Positions 60,497 to 64,000 of a stretch of DNA of 64,000 nt are shown one piece after another. Position numbers and translations under genes: made by a program. The stretch is from an uncultured bacterium (GTDB taxonomy: Bacteria > Armatimonadota > JACIXR01): the NCBI GenBank assembly GCA_964452465.1, contig CAYVMD010000006.1, forward strand, positions 2,425 through 66,424, in the 5' to 3' direction. The notes below the pieces were generated by a model. It was not told where the DNA came from. It was given only the letters and a program-made list of their open reading frames with translations, and did no database searches. The stretch's first letter is position 1, and each line of letters opens with the position of its first letter.

Positions 60497-60644
60497 AACA
60501 GATTCCCTCCTTTCAAAGTTTTTAGGAGTATAAACTTCCCCATACTTTCCGTCTATACCCTTTTGATCAGGAGGGGGAATTTTCCTTAATTCTCCTGTTG
60601 TGGTATAATATTATCAAGCAATTAATCCTTCCTCAAAAGGAGGA

Positions 60645-61277
60645 ATGGAAATGAGGATCAGTTTTCTTGGACATGCTTGCTTTCTCATAACCTCTTCGGA
60701 TGGGACGAGGATAATAACCGATCCCTATGATACCTCGGTAGGCTACGCCCCCATAGGGGAATCCGCCGATATCGTTACCGTTTCCCACGAGCACTTTGAT
60801 CATAACGCCGTGAAACAAGTGGGAGGAAATCCCGTGGTTGTTCGCTCCTCCCAAACCGTTAAGGGCATCTCCTTCCAAGCTATCCCTACTTTCCACGACG
60901 ATAGCCGAGGCTCCAAGCGAGGGCGCAACACGGTATTTTTGTTCGAGGTGGACGGAATGAAGATTTGCCACCTGGGCGACTTAGGGCATGTACCTACGGA
61001 GCAGTTCCCCCAACTTTCCGGCGTGAACATCCTGCTCATACCAGTGGGCGGTTATTATACCATTGGACCGCGAGAGGCAACCCAGATCGTGGAAGCCCTA
61101 AAACCCAACATCGTCTGCCCCATGCACTACAAAACATCCAAGATAGACTTCCCCATCGCGGGGGTGGAGGAGTTCCTACAGGGGAAGGAAAATGTGGAGA
61201 GGATGGAGGAGTTGGAGGTTTTCAAGGAGACCTTGCCATCTCCCGTAAAGATAATCGTGCTTCAACATAGGAGATAA
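60645..61277 (+). CDS. MBL-fold metallo-hydrolase (UPF0173 type)
   Basis: RBS AAGGAGG. MRISFLGHACFLITS...IVTVSHEHFDHN (HxHxDH). Confidence 0.85.
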   Translation: MEMRISFLGHACFLITSSDGTRIITDPYDTSVGYAPIGESADIVTVSHEHFDHNAVKQVGGNPVVVRSSQTVKGISFQAIPTFHDDSRGSKRGRNTVFLFEVDGMKICHLGDLGHVPTEQFPQLSGVNILLIPVGGYYTIGPREATQIVEALKPNIVCPMHYKTSKIDFPIAGVEEFLQGKENVERMEELEVFKETLPSPVKIIVLQHRR

Positions 61278-61279
61278 AG

Positions 61280-61837
61280 ATGCTATACGAGGAGGTATTC
61301 ATGGCCGGTTTGGGTGGGCAGGGGCTGATGTTTATGGGACAATTATTAGCATACTCCGCTATTAAGGAGGACAAATTCGCCCTCTGGACCTCTTCCTATG
61401 GACCGGAGATGAGGGGAGGCTTTGCCTACTGCAGGACGATCATCTCCTCGGAGGAGATAGGCTCCCCCATTGGCATAGAGCCGACCACAGTGATAGTCAT
61501 GCACCCCAATTTCCTCGATGTAGCGGAACAGTTGAAGCCTGGCGGTTTCCTTTTCGTTAATTCCTCTCTGATATCCGCAAATCCTCCCAAGGAGGATTGC
61601 ATTTTCGTTCCCATCCCCGCCATCGAACTCGCTGGGGAGATTGGTTCTCCCCAGATCGGTAATCTGGTCATGCTGGGGGCGTATGTCGCATTGGTCAAGC
61701 CGGTGTCCCTCGAAACGGTCATGTCCGTCCTCCCTCAGGTTATTCCTGCCCATCGAGCCCATCTTATCCCTCTCAATGAGAAAGCCCTCCGGAAGGGGGA
61801 GGAGTTTGCCATTAAAAACTTCCTCCAGTATGCATGA
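61280..61837 (+). CDS. 2-oxoacid:ferredoxin oxidoreductase gamma-subunit family protein (POR_G)
   Basis: MAGLGGQGLMFMGQLLAYSAIKE...TSSYGPEMRGG is the POR gamma signature. No alpha or beta subunit gene is adjacent. Confidence 0.75.
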   Translation: MLYEEVFMAGLGGQGLMFMGQLLAYSAIKEDKFALWTSSYGPEMRGGFAYCRTIISSEEIGSPIGIEPTTVIVMHPNFLDVAEQLKPGGFLFVNSSLISANPPKEDCIFVPIPAIELAGEIGSPQIGNLVMLGAYVALVKPVSLETVMSVLPQVIPAHRAHLIPLNEKALRKGEEFAIKNFLQYA

Positions 61838-63212
61838 TCTCCTGCTCGAAGATCTTGTTCGTAGCCTCCCCATTTTAGCGGATATCTCCCATTCCGAGCT
61901 TCTCCTTCTCGTGCCTTCTTCAAGGGAGCCGGCGGGAGGGAAGGATTTGGATCCTCCTTCTTCCCTGGTGGTCCTTGCGCATTCCAAGCCTTCCACTGCT
62001 CCATTTATTTATAGGAGAAGCAGGGAGGGCGAGGAAATCCCCCTCCATCTCTCTCCATTCCTTGGGGAAGCCTTCAGGAAGAAGAAGATCATCAAGGGAA
62101 GGGAGGGAGAAATGGTGAGGGGGATTCCCGTTTGGCGGTGGTGTGCTCCCGTCCTTCAAGAGGGAAGAGTGATCGCTCTCTTGGAGGTAGACCAGAATCT
62201 CCTCCAAAGGAGATTTCCCCGTCCTTCCCCTTGTCTCAAGAGGATTGCCTCCCTTCTCAATGAGGCACTTTTTCGTTCCCAAATGGAGGAGGAGGTCCTC
62301 CTTCAACTCCTAAAACAGGGAGATGGGCTTGTGCTTCGGGAGAAGGGGCGGATCGTTTTCGCCGATAAAAGGGCGAGGGATATCTACCGCAAGATCGGGA
62401 TAAGGAACCCCGTGGGCAAGAAGCTCAAAAAGGAGGAGTTGGAGGGGGCGGTGAAGATAGCTACCCAGAGGAACTCCCTCTGTACTCGGCAGGAGATACA
62501 AATAGGGAACACGATCATCCTCAAGAGGGAGATACCCCTTGTCGGAAACTTTACCCTCTCTATTCTCTGCGATGTTTCCCTTTTAAGGAAGAGACTGCAG
62601 GAGAGAATGCTTCGTTCCGAGGTCAGGCAGGAGATCCATCACCACATAAAGAACACCCTACAGACCACCATAAGAATACTGAGGATGCAACAAAGGCGTT
62701 TGAACAGCGAAACGGCAAAGGAAGCTCTAAACTCCGCCATAAACCGTCTCTCCAGCATCGCTACAGTCCACCACCTCCTTTCCGAGGAAGGCATCCAAGC
62801 AGTCGACTTCCGGGAACTCGTCTTCAAAGTGGCTCAGAATGTCCTGCAATCCTTTCCCCATCTGGATATTAACCTTCAGGTGGAGGGAGTGTCCCCTCTC
62901 TTTCCTCCTTCCACCGCTTCCCTCCTCGCTCTTATCATCGATGAGTTACTACTCAATTCGCTCCAGCATGCCTTTCCCCACAAGGAAGGGAACATATGGG
63001 TTCGCTTAATGGAGGAGGGCCAAAATCTTATGTTGGAGGTTAAGGACGATGGGAAGGGGCTCCCCGCCTCTTATACCACAGGGCTTGGCTTATCCATCGT
63101 GAAGGTATTGGCGGAGGATATAGGTGCTAATTTCCAAATCTTTTCCCAGAACGGCACCGTGGCGCGGTTGACTTTCCCTAAGGAAATAGGGATATGGGAC
63201 TTAGAATACTGA
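61830..63212 (+). CDS. Sensor histidine kinase, HisKA_2 type
   Basis: ATG overlaps the POR_G stop by 8 nt (the ORF-track N-terminal extension lies inside POR_G). H-box HHHIKNTLQ; HATPase region DDGKGLP...GLGLSIV. No TM helices (cytoplasmic). Confidence 0.75.
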   Translation: MHDLLLEDLVRSLPILADISHSELLLLVPSSREPAGGKDLDPPSSLVVLAHSKPSTAPFIYRRSREGEEIPLHLSPFLGEAFRKKKIIKGREGEMVRGIPVWRWCAPVLQEGRVIALLEVDQNLLQRRFPRPSPCLKRIASLLNEALFRSQMEEEVLLQLLKQGDGLVLREKGRIVFADKRARDIYRKIGIRNPVGKKLKKEELEGAVKIATQRNSLCTRQEIQIGNTIILKREIPLVGNFTLSILCDVSLLRKRLQERMLRSEVRQEIHHHIKNTLQTTIRILRMQQRRLNSETAKEALNSAINRLSSIATVHHLLSEEGIQAVDFRELVFKVAQNVLQSFPHLDINLQVEGVSPLFPPSTASLLALIIDELLLNSLQHAFPHKEGNIWVRLMEEGQNLMLEVKDDGKGLPASYTTGLGLSIVKVLAEDIGANFQIFSQNGTVARLTFPKEIGIWDLEY

Positions 63213-63769
63213 TTGCTGACGACGAGCCCATAGCGAGGATGGATCTGCGGGAAATTTTAGAGACGGAGGGCTACGAAGTGGTGGGGGAGGCAGGGGATGG
63301 TGAGTCCGCCTTGCGCTTGGCGGAGCAGCTTAAGCCCGACCTGGCGATCTTGGATATAAAGATGCCCAAGCGAGGGGGGATAGAAATCGTTCCTCAACTC
63401 TTGGAGATGAATATAGCTAGCCTTCTACTCACCGCCTACAGCGACAGGGAATTGGTGGAAGAGGCGAGCAGGGTAGGAGTGCTCGCTTATTTGGTGAAGC
63501 CTTTCTCCCCTCAAACCCTCATCCCCGCCATAAAGGTGGCTATGGCGAGATTTAGGGAACTGCAAGACTTGAGGAAGGAGGTTTCCTCCCTCCAATCCGC
63601 CCTCGAGGCGCGGAAGGTCATCGAAAGGGCAAAGGGATTGGTTATGAAGCACTTCGGGCTTTCCGAGGAGGATGCCTATCGCTATCTGCAGAGGCAGAGC
63701 ATGGAACATAGAAAGCCCATGAAGGAGATCGCCGAGGCTGTCATCCTCGCCTTGGAGAGAAAGGATTAG
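63194..63769 (+). CDS. Response regulator with a C-terminal ANTAR RNA-binding domain
   Basis: REC domain (ILIADDEPIAR...LDIKMPKRGG). ANTAR coiled coil ALEARKVIERAKGLVMKHFGLSEEDAYRYLQRQSMEHRKPMKEIAEAVI. The start overlaps the kinase gene's end by 19 nt. Confidence 0.85.
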   Translation: MGLRILIADDEPIARMDLREILETEGYEVVGEAGDGESALRLAEQLKPDLAILDIKMPKRGGIEIVPQLLEMNIASLLLTAYSDRELVEEASRVGVLAYLVKPFSPQTLIPAIKVAMARFRELQDLRKEVSSLQSALEARKVIERAKGLVMKHFGLSEEDAYRYLQRQSMEHRKPMKEIAEAVILALERKD

Positions 63770-63787
63770 GCTTTACCTTACGGATTC

Positions 63788-63816
63788 TTGACGAGAAACT
63801 CTTCTAAGACTAATAT
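63788..63816 (+). promoter_or_regulatory. Putative promoter TTGACG-17-TAATAT upstream of the HIT-family gene
   Basis: -35 TTGACG at 63788-63793 and -10 TAATAT at 63811-63816; the ATG is at 63835. Confidence 0.35.
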
Positions 63817-63834
63817 TTTGAAAAGACGAAAGCC

Positions 63835-64000
63835 ATGGAGATTCTCTGGGCCCCTTGGAGGATATCCTATGTGAGCGGAGTCAAAAAGGAAGGATGTATC
63901 TTTTGCCAGAAGCAAGAGGGTGACGAGGAAGAGAACCTCGTCGTCCTGCGAGGCAACACTTGCTTCGCGATGCTCAATCTCTTTCCTTACAATAACGGGC
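63835..64000 (+). CDS. HIT-family protein (diadenosine polyphosphate hydrolase/phosphorylase-like), 3' end outside window
   Basis: MEILWAPWRISYVSG...CIFC...FAMLNLFPYNNG matches the HIT-family N-terminus. It is absent from the ORF track because it is truncated by the window edge. Confidence 0.5.
   Translation, partial: MEILWAPWRISYVSGVKKEGCIFCQKQEGDEEENLVVLRGNTCFAMLNLFPYNNG

Noticed and set aside
61641-61829. Extended N-terminus of the histidine kinase ORF (from 61641) inside the POR_G gene
   Set aside because: The ATG at 61830 immediately follows the POR_G stop, and the upstream residues are an Arg/Ser-rich out-of-frame translation of conserved POR_G sequence.

Overview
This window looks like a chromosomal segment of roughly 54% GC from a diderm (outer-membrane-bearing) bacterium. 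The lineage carries many prepilin-type H-X9-DG (DUF1559) proteins, a signature of Planctomycetota, Verrucomicrobiota and Armatimonadota; I cannot assign it more precisely without a database search. Gene density is high, both strands are used, and many adjacent genes overlap by 4 nt (ATGA start/stop overlap). Housekeeping blocks: (i) an LPS module (LptD/OstA-like protein, a FadL-like outer-membrane barrel, msbA, a DUF374-waaA fusion, lpxK); (ii) a minus-strand operon leuA/cimA - polyprenyl synthase - ispH - miaA; (iii) a tRNA-Thr(CGU); (iv) gyrB; (v) dnaX - ybaB - recR; (vi) a plus-strand run macro domain - lytic transglycosylase - zinc ribbon protein - RNase HI - SagB-type nitroreductase - LOG-like (TIGR00725) - acylphosphatase - nth - nfo; (vii) lemA - htpX; (viii) tmk - darA-like - holB; (ix) a HisKA_2 sensor kinase with an ANTAR response regulator. 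Interleaved are carbohydrate-utilisation loci with mostly secreted enzymes: a pectate-lyase-fold beta-helix protein, a GH42-like and a GH36-like enzyme, a DUF4038-like enzyme, a tandem-CBM plus DUF4091 giant, two unassignable secreted hydrolase-like proteins, a UxaC-like isomerase, ThuA, a LacI regulator and a sugar-binding lipoprotein. Three paralogous prepilin-type DUF1559 pseudopilin-like genes sit inside these loci. I found no transposase, integrase, phage gene, CRISPR array or reverse transcriptase. The most unusual items are: the pseudopilin/CAZyme association, including one paralog whose ATG start has become ATA; an ABC exporter fused to an N-terminal PH-like plus zinc-ribbon module and a C-terminal DUF1854-like domain; a conserved GC hairpin 3' of two pseudopilin paralogs; and a repeated AT-rich palindromic motif in two sugar-gene upstream regions.
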